From contig JAGOQJ010000001.1 of NCBI GenBank assembly GCA_017991595.1, positions 604,410 to 668,409 on the forward strand: 64,000 bases of DNA. Reading direction: 5' to 3'. The notes below the pieces were generated by a model that searched no databases, was not told the DNA's origin, and saw only the letters and a list, made by a program, of their open reading frames with translations. The translations under genes and the position numbers were made by a program. Below are positions 39,685 to 50,200 of this stretch, one piece after another (positions within the stretch are counted from its first letter, which is position 1; every line of letters begins with the position of its first letter). Origin of the DNA: Candidatus Didemnitutus sp. (lineage in GTDB: Bacteria > Verrucomicrobiota > Verrucomicrobiia > Opitutales > Opitutaceae).

Positions 39685-39987
39685 TCAAGAATCCGGCCAT
39701 TGTGCCGACGCACGAACGATACCCTCGATGCAAGCCTGGCTCCGCCTTCTTCCAATACTGTTGGCTTTTCCGCTCACGGTCTGTGCGCAACTGACCGTCA
39801 TCCAGACGATGCGGTTCGACGACTCGGGTGCTCCCTGGGCGACCTCCGGCGGGATCGTCGTGGCGTCGAGCGACGGTGAGCCGACGTTGCAAGATGCCGT
39901 GCTTGCCCCGATCGCGGGCAATGTGTTTTCGGCGCACTTCACTCCGAAACCGAGAGCGAGGACAACAAGGCGGATCAATTTCATCAC
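39685..39987 (-). CDS. Small secreted hypothetical protein (ambiguous; a signal-peptide ORF also exists on the + strand from 39728)
   Basis: MMKLIRLVVLALGFGVKCA signal peptide; lower-GC patch; the opposite-strand ORF MQAWLRLLPILLAFPLTVCAQ... also looks plausible, so strand is unresolved. Confidence 0.25.
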   Translation of the reverse strand: MMKLIRLVVLALGFGVKCAENTLPAIGASTASCNVGSPSLDATTIPPEVAQGAPESSNRIVWMTVSCAQTVSGKANSIGRRRSQACIEGIVRASAQWPDS

Positions 39988-40159
39988 GAAAAAGGGCCAA
40001 GGCGATGAATTCGCCGTTGGCCCAGTGAAACGAGATGCAAACTACCGCCCGCTGGCAAGCATGCGCTGGTGCCGCGTGCCCTCTCTGTCAGGAATCACGA
40101 CCCCACATCCTCGGGTCCGGCCTGCGGTGTTCGGCTCGGCTCGATTGATCACGTGGCAA

Positions 40160-40210
40160 ATAAGCGAGCGTCGAAACAGCGAACAACGGCCTGGCCCCGT
40201 CGGCTCAGAC
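40160..40210. repeat. Degenerate REP/terminal-unit remnant
   Basis: AGCGtcGAAAcAGCGaaCAaCGGCCTGgCCCCGTCGG resembles AGCAGCGAAAAGCGGCCTGACCCCGTCGG; lies immediately 3' of the methyltransferase gene. Confidence 0.45.
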
Positions 40211-40216
40211 GCCGGA

Positions 40217-41434
40217 TCATTTCTGAAAAATCACGATGCGATTGCTGTTGGTGCCCTTCGAGTTGTTGTCCACGCCCCAGCAATTCGCAGTCTTCGTGAA
40301 TTCCTGGGAGTTGATCAAAATCGACACGGGGATAAGCCCCGCGGCGCGTCCGGCGGCGAGCACTTGCTCCTCCAAGCGCACTGTGCCGCTGCGAACCTCT
40401 CCGACTTCGAACGCGACAAATCCACCCGGGCACACCACGCGGTGCAGTTCACGGAGCACGCTCCGCATGGCCGCAGTCCATTCGGGCAGCTTGCGGAGTT
40501 GCCAGATCGGCACGCGCTCCAAATCGATGCCGCAAAACCACGCGCGGAGCCAGTTGTCCTGGGCGTAGTCCACGGTATCGAGGAAAGGTGGGGAGGTGAC
40601 CGCGAGTGCGACCGAACTATCGTCGAGCTGTGGTGTAGTTTCGCAGGTTTGGGTCAACAGGATGGGAGCGGTCGTAAGCTGAGGCCGCGCTGGGTCGGCT
40701 AGAAGTTGTTTCGTTTTCTTGAGAATCAGTGCGGGCACGTCGCGGCAGGCCGGGGCCTGTTTCCGCTTCTCATTGATGCGGCGTTGTGACTCGATCGACA
40801 CCGCTTGGTTGGGCGGGAGTGTGTAGACGGAAAAGAAGCCGGCGGAGTGGCCGGTCAGGCGGTTGGCAGCGACGAGGCGAATCCACGCGTCGACGGCATC
40901 CTCCGTTCCGGTGCGCCGGGCTTGCAGGAGATAGCGGCGTAGCGAGCATAGCTGCCGCAAGGTCTCGCGATGATAGAAAACGTCCAAGTCCTCGCGGAGT
41001 TCGCGCACCGCCGTGAAATCGATAATTTCCAACCGCCGCTGCACCTGTGCGAACGAAGGCGGAGCGAGTCGCGGCGCAGTGAAGACTTCGGAAAGCGGAT
41101 TGATGTCACAGCCGGCGACCTCACGGCCGAGCAATGCCGCTTCGACGAGAGTAGTGCCACGCCCCATGAACGGGTCGTAAACGAGATCGCCCGGTGCGGT
41201 GAGGCGCTCGATGAAGAAGCGGGGCAACTGAGGTTTGAAGCAGGCGCGGTAGGAGACCTCGTGGAGCGAGTGCGCGGCGCGTTGTTTGGAGGTCCAGAAT
41301 TCGTTGGTGAAGACGGGCACGCCGTCCAGTTCGCTGCAGCGGGTGCTCTCGCCGAAGTCAGAGAAGGAGGCCAGTTCCGACAAAAGCTCGCTGGTTGCAT
41401 CCTGCCGAACTGTTCTATGCGGAAGTGCGTTCAA
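40217..41434 (-). CDS. Type II DNA methyltransferase (amino-MTase; AdoMet motif DPFMGRGTT, catalytic motif SPPF; possibly N4-cytosine-specific)
   Basis: DLVYDPFMGRGTTLVEA (motif I) and TSPPF (motif IV); 405 aa; about 55% GC. Confidence 0.8.
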   Translation of the reverse strand: MNALPHRTVRQDATSELLSELASFSDFGESTRCSELDGVPVFTNEFWTSKQRAAHSLHEVSYRACFKPQLPRFFIERLTAPGDLVYDPFMGRGTTLVEAALLGREVAGCDINPLSEVFTAPRLAPPSFAQVQRRLEIIDFTAVRELREDLDVFYHRETLRQLCSLRRYLLQARRTGTEDAVDAWIRLVAANRLTGHSAGFFSVYTLPPNQAVSIESQRRINEKRKQAPACRDVPALILKKTKQLLADPARPQLTTAPILLTQTCETTPQLDDSSVALAVTSPPFLDTVDYAQDNWLRAWFCGIDLERVPIWQLRKLPEWTAAMRSVLRELHRVVCPGGFVAFEVGEVRSGTVRLEEQVLAAGRAAGLIPVSILINSQEFTKTANCWGVDNNSKGTNSNRIVIFQK

Positions 41435-42018
41435 GCAATTAGAGCGCTATGATGTTTGGCGGCGGCGAGGAGTTTGTGGCTCACGGATACTTCTAGGCGG
41501 ACATTTACGATGGAGTCTGGTTCTAGGAAATCCAAACGCAGCGCGCCGATCACTGCACAATCGTCTTTGAGCGAATAGAAGACTGTGCAGAGGAGATGGT
41601 GAATGGGTGGGTGGAAGTGGCGACGAAGCTTTTCCGAGGAGGAGGTTAGAACCCGCCTGTTGGAGTCACTGGGGTTCCAGTCACTAGTCGCTTTGATTTC
41701 CAATGCGATCCGGTGGCCATGCCGGACAAGCATGCGGTCTGGATATCCTGCGCCGACGCACTTCTCTAACTGGAATTCTTTCAGTCCCTTTGTGAGCTGA
41801 GGCATCACGAATTCCTCAACTTGGTTCCCGATCGACTGATTGGAGCTGCGGGCACGGAGATTGCAGATTGAGCCACCGATACGTTGGCCTCCCATCGCTG
41901 CACGAAGGTCCAATTCGATTTCCGTGATGAGATTTTTTGGCCAAGCCGCAATGAGAGGAACCGGCGTGTGGCCTTCACGCCGCTGCAATTCCTCGTAGTA
42001 TTCAGCGAAGGTAAACAT
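41431..42018 (-). CDS. Putative Type II restriction endonuclease (PD-(D/E)xK fold)
   Basis: GYPDRMLV...IALEIKAT fits PD...(E)xK; 4-bp overlap (ATGA) with the MTase; about 52% GC against a roughly 68% background. Confidence 0.55.
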   Translation of the reverse strand: MFTFAEYYEELQRREGHTPVPLIAAWPKNLITEIELDLRAAMGGQRIGGSICNLRARSSNQSIGNQVEEFVMPQLTKGLKEFQLEKCVGAGYPDRMLVRHGHRIALEIKATSDWNPSDSNRRVLTSSSEKLRRHFHPPIHHLLCTVFYSLKDDCAVIGALRLDFLEPDSIVNVRLEVSVSHKLLAAAKHHSALIA

Positions 42019-42108
42019 CTCGTGGAAACGTGAGGTCGGGGCTCAAGAACAAAGGCCGCGGCGACTTGCGTCACCGGCGGCCCGTGAGGAGATAACTAGA
42101 TTGTCAGT

Positions 42109-45100
42109 TTACTGGCAAGCCTCGCACGTCCCACCGTTGCGCATCGCTTCGATGCTGCAGGCGTTTTTCTCTGCGTCCGTGTAGACCTTCTTGGCGTCGC
42201 GGGTGGCGGTCTCGGCTTTGGTTTCGCCGGCGGCGCCGCGGACTTCCTTTTTCACGCTCACGGTCGCTTTCTCGATGTTCGAGGCGCCCAACGTGCGGAG
42301 GTAGTAGGTCGTTTTGAGGCCGGACTTCCAGGCGTGGCGATACATGTGGCTGAGCGTTTTCAGGTCCGGCGTCTTGAGCCAGAGGTTCACGCTCTGCGAC
42401 TGGTCGATCCACTTCTGGCGGCGGGCGGCGGCGTCGACCACCCACTTGTGGTCGATGTCGAACGCCGTGCGGTATTTCTCCTTCAGGTCGGCCGGGACGG
42501 CTTCGATGTCGGCGAGGTCGCCGTCGAAATACTTCAGCGCGTCGATCATCTCCTGGTTCCAGAGGCCGCGGGCCTTGAGGTCCTCGACGAGGAACGTGTT
42601 GATGACGACGAATTCACCCGAGAGGTTCGATTTGACGTAGAGGTTCTTGTAGTAGGGCTCGATGCAGGGCGACGTGTTCGTGATGTTCGAGATCGTGGCG
42701 GTGGGCGCGATGGCGAGGCAGTTGGAGTTGCGCATGCCTTGCTTCGCGATTTTGGCGCGGAGCGGTTCCCAGTTCATCTTGCCGCCGCGTGGGACGTCGA
42801 CTGGCACGCCGCGCTCCTGCTCGAGGAGATCGAGCGTGTCCTGCGGGAGGAGGCCGCGGTCCCACTTCGAGCCCTTGTAGCTGGAGTAGGTGCCGCGCTC
42901 GGCCGCGAGGTCGGAGGAGGCTTCGTAGGCGTAATAGGCGATGGCCTCCATGAACTCGTCGTTGAACTCGACGGCTTCGGGGGAGGCGAACGCGACGCCC
43001 TTCATGTAGAGCGCGTTGGCGAGACCCATGATGCCGAGGCCGACGGGGCGGTGGCGCATGTTGGAGGTCTTCGCGGCCTGCGTCGGGTAGAAGTTGATGT
43101 CGATGACGTTGTCGAGGGCGCGGAGGGCGATGCGGATGGTGTCGCGCAGCTTCTCGTGATCGAGCGAGCCGTCGGGCTTGAGGTGCGACTCGAGGATGAC
43201 GGAGCCGAGATTGCAGACGGCGGTCTCGTCGTTGGAGGTGTTGAGCGTGATCTCCGTGCAGAGATTGGACGAATGGATGACGCCGGCGTGGTCCTGCGGG
43301 GAGCGGAGGTTGCAGGGATCCTTGAATGTGATCCAGGGGTGGCCGGTCTCGAAGAGCATCGAGAGCATCTTTTTCCAGAGCTCGATGGCCTCGACCTTGT
43401 GGCCTTGGATCTTTCCTTCCTCGGCGAGCTTTTCGTAGTGCGTGTAGCGCTCTTCGAACTTGCGTCCGTAGGTCTCGTGGAGGTCGGCGACTTCGTTGGA
43501 GCGGAAAAGCGTCCAGTGCGAGCGCGACTCCATGCGCTTCATGAACAGGTCGGGAATCCAGTTCGCCGTGTTCATGTCGTGCGTGCGGCGGCGGTCGTCG
43601 CCGGTGTTACGACGGAGTTCGAGGAACTCGAAGATATCGTTGTGCCACGACTCGAGGTAGGCGCAGCCGGAGCCCTTGCGCTTGCCGCCCTGGTTGACGG
43701 CGACGAGCTGGTCGTTGTGGAGCTTGAGGAAAGGGATGACGCCCTGCGATTCGCCGTTGGTGCCGGCGATGTGCGCGCCGGTGCCGCGGACGGCGGTCCA
43801 GGAACCGCCGAGGCCGCCGGCCCACTTGGAGAGCTGGGCGTTTTCGGCAATGCCGCGATACATGATGCCTTCGAGGCTGTCGTCGACGTAGTAGAGGTAG
43901 CAGGACGAGAGCTGCGAGTGGAGCGTGCCGGAGTTGAAGAGCGTCGGCGTGGACGAGCAGAAGCGGCGGCTCTTGTAGAGCGTGTAGAGCTGCGTGGCCC
44001 AGCCTTCGCGGTCGGACTTCTCGTCGAGGAAGAGGCCCATGGAGACGCGGAGCCAGAAGAACTGCGGGGTCTCGAGGCGGCGCGAGCGCTTGCCGGTCTT
44101 GTCGATGATGAGGTAGCGATCGTAGAGCGTCTGGACGCCGAGGAAGTCGAGCTCGAGGTCGGCCGACGGATCGATGGCGGCGGCGAGGCGGGCGAGGTCG
44201 TATTCCTTGAGGCGCGGGGAGAGGCGCTTGATGGCGATGCCGCGCTCGATGTAGGCGGCGAAGGCGGATTGGTGGGCGCGCTTCAGCGCGGCGAGGCCGT
44301 CGCGGACGATGTCCCAGCCGAGGACTTCCTCGTAGATGTAGGTGAGCTGGATGCGGCCGGCGAACTTGGCGAAGTCGGCGTCCTTTTCGATGAGGGTCTT
44401 GGCGTTGAGGACGATCGTGTTGTTGAGGTCGCCCTGCGCGATGTTGTCGAAGGTGGAGCGGCGGAGCTCGGCCTCGATCTGGTCGGCGGTGAGGCAGAGG
44501 TTGAGGCCGATGGAGGCGAACTCGATGCGCTTCTTGAGGTCCTCGCCGTTCCAGAAATACGTGGTGCCGTCGGCGCGCTGGACGACGATCATGGAGTTCT
44601 GGCCTTGCGGGAGATTCGCCTCGGCGGTCGGCGCGGCGCCGTCGGCCGGGGTGGCGACGAGCTCGGTGGCGTGGCGCGCGGCGGACTCGTTGGCGCGGGC
44701 GGCGTGGCGGGCGGCGCGGTAGAGGATGTAGTCCTCGGCGACCTTGAAGTGGCCGGCTTTCATCAGCTCTTCCTGGACCATGTCCTGGACTTCCTCGATG
44801 TGGAGGAAGGCCTGCTGCACGGCGGCGGCGCGCTCGGTGACGGCGCGGGCGATCTGGGGCGCGGGGGCGGAGTCCTTCTTGAGCGAGAGGAATGCCTTGC
44901 GGATGGCGATTTCGATCTTGGCCTCGTTCCAGGGGACGACCTGGGAGTTGCGGCGGATGAGCTTCACGGCGACGGCGGGGTGCTCGCGCGCGCTGGAGAG
45001 CTTCTGGGCGCGCTTGTGGAGGAGCGACTTGGCGACGTCGTGGGCGTTGTTGTCGACGAGGGTTTTCTCGATGAGCACGTAAAGATCGTTGAGGGACACG

Positions 45101-45426
45101 CGGAGCGGGCCGCGCGTGAGGGCTTGCTTGGTGAGGTTGGAGGCGACTTCGCGGGTGACGTCGGCGACGAAGCGCTGGTTCTTCTCGTTGAAGATGTCCT
45201 TCTCGCCCTTCGCGAGCATGAGGTTGGCGAGGGACTTGCCGACGGTGTCGGCGACCTCGGCGAGGTCGAAGCGCTCGGCGCCGTGCGGGCAGAGGACCTC
45301 GACTTCGGGGACGGTGACGTCCTCGCGGAGGACGTCGCGCCAGTTGTAGTTGGGCTTCTGATCCTGCGGGGTGCCGGTGAACTTCTTGAGGACGAGGTCG
45401 GTGTGGACGGAAGAGGTATCGCTCAT
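42109..45426 (-). CDS. nrdA: Ribonucleoside-diphosphate reductase alpha subunit, class Ia, long form with multiple N-terminal ATP-cone domains
   Basis: Catalytic blocks SSCYLYYVDDSLEG, NLCTEI, CNLGS, and thiyl-radical/C-terminal CxxC tail; two or three ATP-cone-like repeats in the first roughly 300 aa; 1105 aa. Confidence 0.9.
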   Translation of the reverse strand: MSDTSSVHTDLVLKKFTGTPQDQKPNYNWRDVLREDVTVPEVEVLCPHGAERFDLAEVADTVGKSLANLMLAKGEKDIFNEKNQRFVADVTREVASNLTKQALTRGPLRVSLNDLYVLIEKTLVDNNAHDVAKSLLHKRAQKLSSAREHPAVAVKLIRRNSQVVPWNEAKIEIAIRKAFLSLKKDSAPAPQIARAVTERAAAVQQAFLHIEEVQDMVQEELMKAGHFKVAEDYILYRAARHAARANESAARHATELVATPADGAAPTAEANLPQGQNSMIVVQRADGTTYFWNGEDLKKRIEFASIGLNLCLTADQIEAELRRSTFDNIAQGDLNNTIVLNAKTLIEKDADFAKFAGRIQLTYIYEEVLGWDIVRDGLAALKRAHQSAFAAYIERGIAIKRLSPRLKEYDLARLAAAIDPSADLELDFLGVQTLYDRYLIIDKTGKRSRRLETPQFFWLRVSMGLFLDEKSDREGWATQLYTLYKSRRFCSSTPTLFNSGTLHSQLSSCYLYYVDDSLEGIMYRGIAENAQLSKWAGGLGGSWTAVRGTGAHIAGTNGESQGVIPFLKLHNDQLVAVNQGGKRKGSGCAYLESWHNDIFEFLELRRNTGDDRRRTHDMNTANWIPDLFMKRMESRSHWTLFRSNEVADLHETYGRKFEERYTHYEKLAEEGKIQGHKVEAIELWKKMLSMLFETGHPWITFKDPCNLRSPQDHAGVIHSSNLCTEITLNTSNDETAVCNLGSVILESHLKPDGSLDHEKLRDTIRIALRALDNVIDINFYPTQAAKTSNMRHRPVGLGIMGLANALYMKGVAFASPEAVEFNDEFMEAIAYYAYEASSDLAAERGTYSSYKGSKWDRGLLPQDTLDLLEQERGVPVDVPRGGKMNWEPLRAKIAKQGMRNSNCLAIAPTATISNITNTSPCIEPYYKNLYVKSNLSGEFVVINTFLVEDLKARGLWNQEMIDALKYFDGDLADIEAVPADLKEKYRTAFDIDHKWVVDAAARRQKWIDQSQSVNLWLKTPDLKTLSHMYRHAWKSGLKTTYYLRTLGASNIEKATVSVKKEVRGAAGETKAETATRDAKKVYTDAEKNACSIEAMRNGGTCEACQ

Positions 45427-45549
45427 GGAGGGAAAGGTGGGAGACGGCGGGAGGTGGCGGACGGGCGGGGTAGGAGAGTGGGGCGCGAAAAGAAGGCGGA
45501 AACCCTGGTGGGCGACTCCGCCTTCGCTTTGCGAGCTAGGGCGGGCGGG

Positions 45550-46636
45550 TCAGAGCTCGTCGTCGCTGGTGTTCTGGAGGGCGGACGATTTTTGATACTC
45601 GGTGACGCGACCTTCGAAGAAGTTCTGTTCCTTCTTGATGTCCATCATCTCGGCGAGCCAAGGGAGCGGATTCTTCACGCCCGGATTGAGCGGGGCGAGG
45701 CCGCAGCCTTCGAGCCGGCGGTCGGCGATGTAATCGATGTAGGTGAGGAACTCGTCGATCGCGAGGCCGACGGCGTTCACGGGGAGGCAGTCGCGGATGA
45801 ACTCCTTCTCGAGGGCGATGGCCTCGCGCATGGTGGCGCGGAGCTCCTCCTTGAACTCGGGGGTCCAGATCTCGCGGTTCTCCTCGATGAGATCCATGAA
45901 CAGATTCCGGAAGAGCTCGATGTGGTTGGACTCGTCGCGGAGGGTGTAGCGGAACATCTGGCCGATGCCGGGGAACTTGTTCTGCCGGTAGAGCGACAGG
46001 ATCATGCCGAAGAGGCCGTAGAACTGGGTGCCCTCCATGCACTGGCCGAAGATGAAGATGTTGCGGGCGAGGAGCTGCTTGTTGGCGACGGTGGTGAGGT
46101 CGAGGTCGCGGCGGAGGGCGTTGGAGGCCTTGTTGACGAACTCGTTCTTCTTCTCGATCGACTTGATGTCCTCGAACATCGCCTCGCACTCGTGCGGGTT
46201 GATGCCGAGGGAGGAGATCATGTAGAGGAGCGAGTCGGCGTGGATGTTCTCCTCGTGAGCGTGGCGGCCGAGGACGAGCTTGAGCTCGGGAGCGGTGACG
46301 AGCTCGCGGACGACATGCTGGATGTTGTCGCCCACGATGCCTTCGGCGGCGGAGAAGTAGCCGATGCCCATGCGGATGATCCAACGCTCGATGTCGGACA
46401 CGGTCTTCGGGTCGCGCCACTGCTCGATGTCCTTGCCCATCGGGATGTCCTCGGGCTCCCAGTGGTTGGCCTTCATCGTCTTGTAGAGATCGTAGGCCCA
46501 CTGGTATTTCAGGGGGAGGAGGTTGAAGTAGGGAACTTGGCGGCCGTTGATGACCTTCTTGCCGGCGAAAGCGGCTTCGGCCTTATCCTGATCGAGAACG
46601 AAAGTTTTGGAGCCGACCTGAAACGATTTGAGCATG
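45550..46636 (-). CDS. nrdB: Ribonucleoside-diphosphate reductase beta subunit (class Ia R2)
   Basis: Di-iron ligand blocks (EENIHADS, ESNHIELF), radical Tyr region, C-terminal DDEL tail; start at MLKSFQV (the track ORF is N-terminally over-extended). Confidence 0.9.
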
Positions 46637-47230
46637 GCTGTGGCGTGAATGAAGCGGACGTGTGTCGTGTGTGTTTGCCGACGGCAAAAGCATCCTCTCG
46701 TGGTCTGTGCGACGCGCAGAACGCCCGAGCGAACCGGAGTTGCTGGGGAATCCTCACGCGGAGCTGACCACCACAGGATGTGGCTGCCCGGAACCAAGGA
46801 CACTACTAATTGGGGTGGGGGCACCCCCGTCAATTTTTTCGCGCGGAAACTTCCGAACTTTTTTAGTGGACAAAAAAGATGATGAAACATGCCGGTTCGC
46901 CCAGCGCGAAATAGGCGGTGAAAGGCGACGTTTCAGAGGGAAACGGAGGGAAGGCGGCGGATGTGCGGCGGAGCCAAAAAACATCTTGACGATACCAGCG
47001 AACGAACCTGCGCGCGCCGCGGGAAAAATAAAATCGCCGCCGGGACGCGTGGACGCGCCGCGATCCACGGTGCGGACGGAGCGCACGAAGGGCGGACGGG
47101 CACGGCGCGCAGGCCGAGTGATGCGCGGTCAGCGCTCGTGCGGACGTGGGACAGGCGGGCGGCGAGTGCGAGTGCGGAGCGATGCGTGCGTGACACTTGG
47201 CGCCAGACGGAGGGTGTTTGAAGCAGGCAA

Positions 47231-47270
47231 AGAAAAAGGCGGCTGCGTTGCCGCAGCCGCCTTTGAGTGT
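47231..47270 (-). terminator. Rho-independent terminator for the TonB-dependent receptor gene (may act bidirectionally)
   Basis: GGCGGCTGCGttgcCGCAGCCGCC stem flanked by AAAAA / TTTGAG. Confidence 0.6.
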
Positions 47271-47285
47271 TAGCTAAGGTCTAAA

Positions 47286-50200
47286 TCAGAACTTGATGCG
47301 GATACCGGCTTGGATCTGCCACCGGGACACCGGAGTGTCATTCGCGGTGACTGGCACGCCATCTGGAGTGGTTACTTGATAAACATACTGGCCCGCTCCG
47401 CCGTTGGCAGCTGCGTCGTAGGTGGTGCCCACGACGGCACGACGATACGAGAAGGGCACTTCTTCCTGAATGCCCCAGCTGTCGTCGATCAGGTTCGCGA
47501 AGTTAATAACGTTCAGGAACAGTTCACTGCGGAGGCGCTTGTAGATTGGGAGTTCCTGGGTGATTTTGAGGTCCACGGTATTGACCCATGGGGAGGTCTC
47601 GGAGTTACGAGGAACAACCTGTCCCTTGTAGCGGTTCAAGGTGTTCGAATTCACGAACGCCCAAAATTGGTCGCGCGCTGCATCAGATGCATAACGGACT
47701 TTCGGGTCGTTGATGTCGGTCGGCACATAAAGCAGGTCATTGAAGGTGAAACCGTCGCCGTTTGCATCACCGCGGAACACCCACGAATAGGGACGGCCCG
47801 TGCGGCCTTCATAGATGGCCGAAATGGTCGTCGGGGCACGTTTGATGAACTCAAAGCGGCGGGTCAGCACCAGAACAACCTTATTCTTGATGTTATAGTT
47901 CGAGGTGGCGGCGACGTCCTCGTTCGGATTGAACACCGCTCGGCCGTTGTAGTTGGACTGCGCGACGGACGATGTCATGGGCGTGACGTCCTCGTAATCG
48001 CTATGGGTGAGGGCCAAGCTCGCGAACCAGTTGTTTTTCCAGGGCTTGGTGACTTTGAGCGTCAAGTCAAAGCCGCCGCCTTTCTTGCTGTTCGTCAGAT
48101 AGTAGACGTCGGAAAATTCTTGATTCATGTAAAACGTCGCCGCGGTGTAGGGGTTGGAGGCCGAGGAGCCGCGCGATGCACTCGTGGAGTTGGTGATGAC
48201 GCCCGCATAGCGGTCACGACCATCGGGGTTTGTGCCCACCTTGCGGAGATTCAGATTCGTCACGAACGGCATCCGGTCGGTTTGGCTGTAGCCCGCTTCC
48301 AAAGTAGCGATCATCCCTCCGATAATCTGGTGATCGATGGCCAGATTGCCCTTCCAGGTGAGCGGCTGTTTGAAGTCAGGATCGGTGACGTTGATCACTG
48401 GCAGCGCGCGCAGGTTGGCGGCCGTGGTTGGGCTGAATGGATCGTTGACCGCTACGGGCACGTAGGTGGTCGGGATTTGGTTCGGCGAAAAGGTCGCGTT
48501 CGCGACCGTCTGCCGCGCAAACGCGCCGCGATTAGAGTAGGCATTGGAAAGCCAGACGCCCGGGTTGCGGCCTTGAAAAAGGCCAATGCCACCGCGGATC
48601 TGGGTTTTAGTCGCAGTCGGCAGCTCGTAATTGAAGCTGAAGCGCGGTGCGATAGTATAGTTGCCATCGGGGAGCGTGGTGGAAGAGAGACCGGACTGGC
48701 CGGTCACCCAAGTCTTGGAACGGAAAGCTGCTTCGCTGTAGATGTTGGCGTTCGGGATGGCCGTGAGTTCATCAGGCATGACCAGTTGTTCAAAGCGCAG
48801 GCCTGCATTGAGTGTCAGGCGGTCGTTCACGCGCCAGCTGTCCTGCAGGAACACGCCGAGCATGCCGATGTCGAAATCTGCGGCAACGTCCGCCGGGTTC
48901 GCGCCAGGGGCCAGCAACGCACGGAGGAGGGAACCGGTGCCACTTTGCCAAGCGGCAACGTTCGTGAACGTGAATTGGCCCTGCCAAGCTTGGACGAAGG
49001 CATTAAAGATCTCGCGATTTTCCCAGTCGAATCCACCAACGATGGTGTGATTGCCAACCGAGTATTCGCCCGACGCGGTCGTGGTCAGAGTTTTCGTCGT
49101 GATGTTATTGTATTGGCGGGAAAATTCCGTGCCGAAACGAATCTGACCATTGGTCACGGCCGTATTGTTGTCGGCGCGGGTGCCGCTGATACCGTTAATG
49201 ATTACCTCCGGGAACGGGGAGGAATTCGGGCGCGGAGACCCGTCGTAGTCTGAGTAGGAGATGCTGAGGTCCGTGCGGAAATTTGGGGTCCAGTCGCTGT
49301 TCAGCTGCAGAACGTAATTTTCTGTCAGGCGCGGTTGGGCATACCAATAAGAGCTGAACGAAGTGGTCGTGGAGCCGCTAAAGCTGGCAAACACCGTGTC
49401 CGAGCCGTCAGTCTTGCGGTAGCTCAGTGCCAAGCGATGATTATCGGAGATGTTCCAGTCGAGCTTGGCGATGGACGTCTCTTGAAGGGTCTCGTTTTCC
49501 GCGACGTCGAATGAGCCAATGTCGTAGTTAAAAGTTTGGGCGCGGGTGCGGATGTCTGTGATTTGCTGACTATTGCCCGGGATGATCAGATTCTGATTTG
49601 GAGCAGTGGTGAGGCGGGAGAAATCATCATAGCTCAGGAAGAAAAAGAGCTTATTGGGAATGAGGGGACCGCCAAAAGTTGCGCCCCAAGTCTTTTCATC
49701 AAACGGGTCTTTGACCCCACTCACAGGGTTTTTCGCGCGGCGGTCTTCGTCGGTGAACTCGTAGTAGACCGAACCGCGGAAGTCGTTGGTGCCGGATTTC
49801 GTAACGGCGTTGATGAGCGCGCCGCTGAAGCCGGTGCGGCGAACGTCGTAAGGCGTCAGTTCGACACTGAGTGCCTGCAACGCCTCCGGCGGAATCGGGC
49901 TGCGCAGCGACGTGAATCCGTTGCTATTAAGGCCAAACGGATCGTTCGCTTGAACGCCGTCGATCAGGAAGGAGTTATAGCGAAAATTCTGACCTTGGGC
50001 GCTGAGCTGGCCACCTTGGTCGAGCGAGCCGAGAAAAACGCGGGAATCGAGGCGCGCGATATCCTGCACATTGCGGCGCACGGTGGCGACATTGCCGATT
50101 TCGTCTTCACCGAAATTTGAACCAGTGCTTACACGCCCGGAGCCGAAGGTTGTATCGCGGGAGGAGCGGACCGTGAATGTGTCGAGTTGCACCACGTCAC

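Noticed and set aside
39242-40702. 486-aa + ORF
   Set aside because: Runs through the tandem repeat and then antisense across the methyltransferase; at most a short internal segment (from 39728) may be coding.
42334-46767. 1477-aa ORF on the + strand
   Set aside because: Antisense to the well-supported nrdA and nrdB genes; Gly/Ala/Val/Arg-rich low-complexity product typical of a high-GC shadow frame.
46637-47230. Cobalamin riboswitch upstream of nrdB
   Set aside because: No B12-box (GCCACUG, i.e. CAGTGGC on the + strand) was found by eye; left as an open possibility for a different structured RNA.
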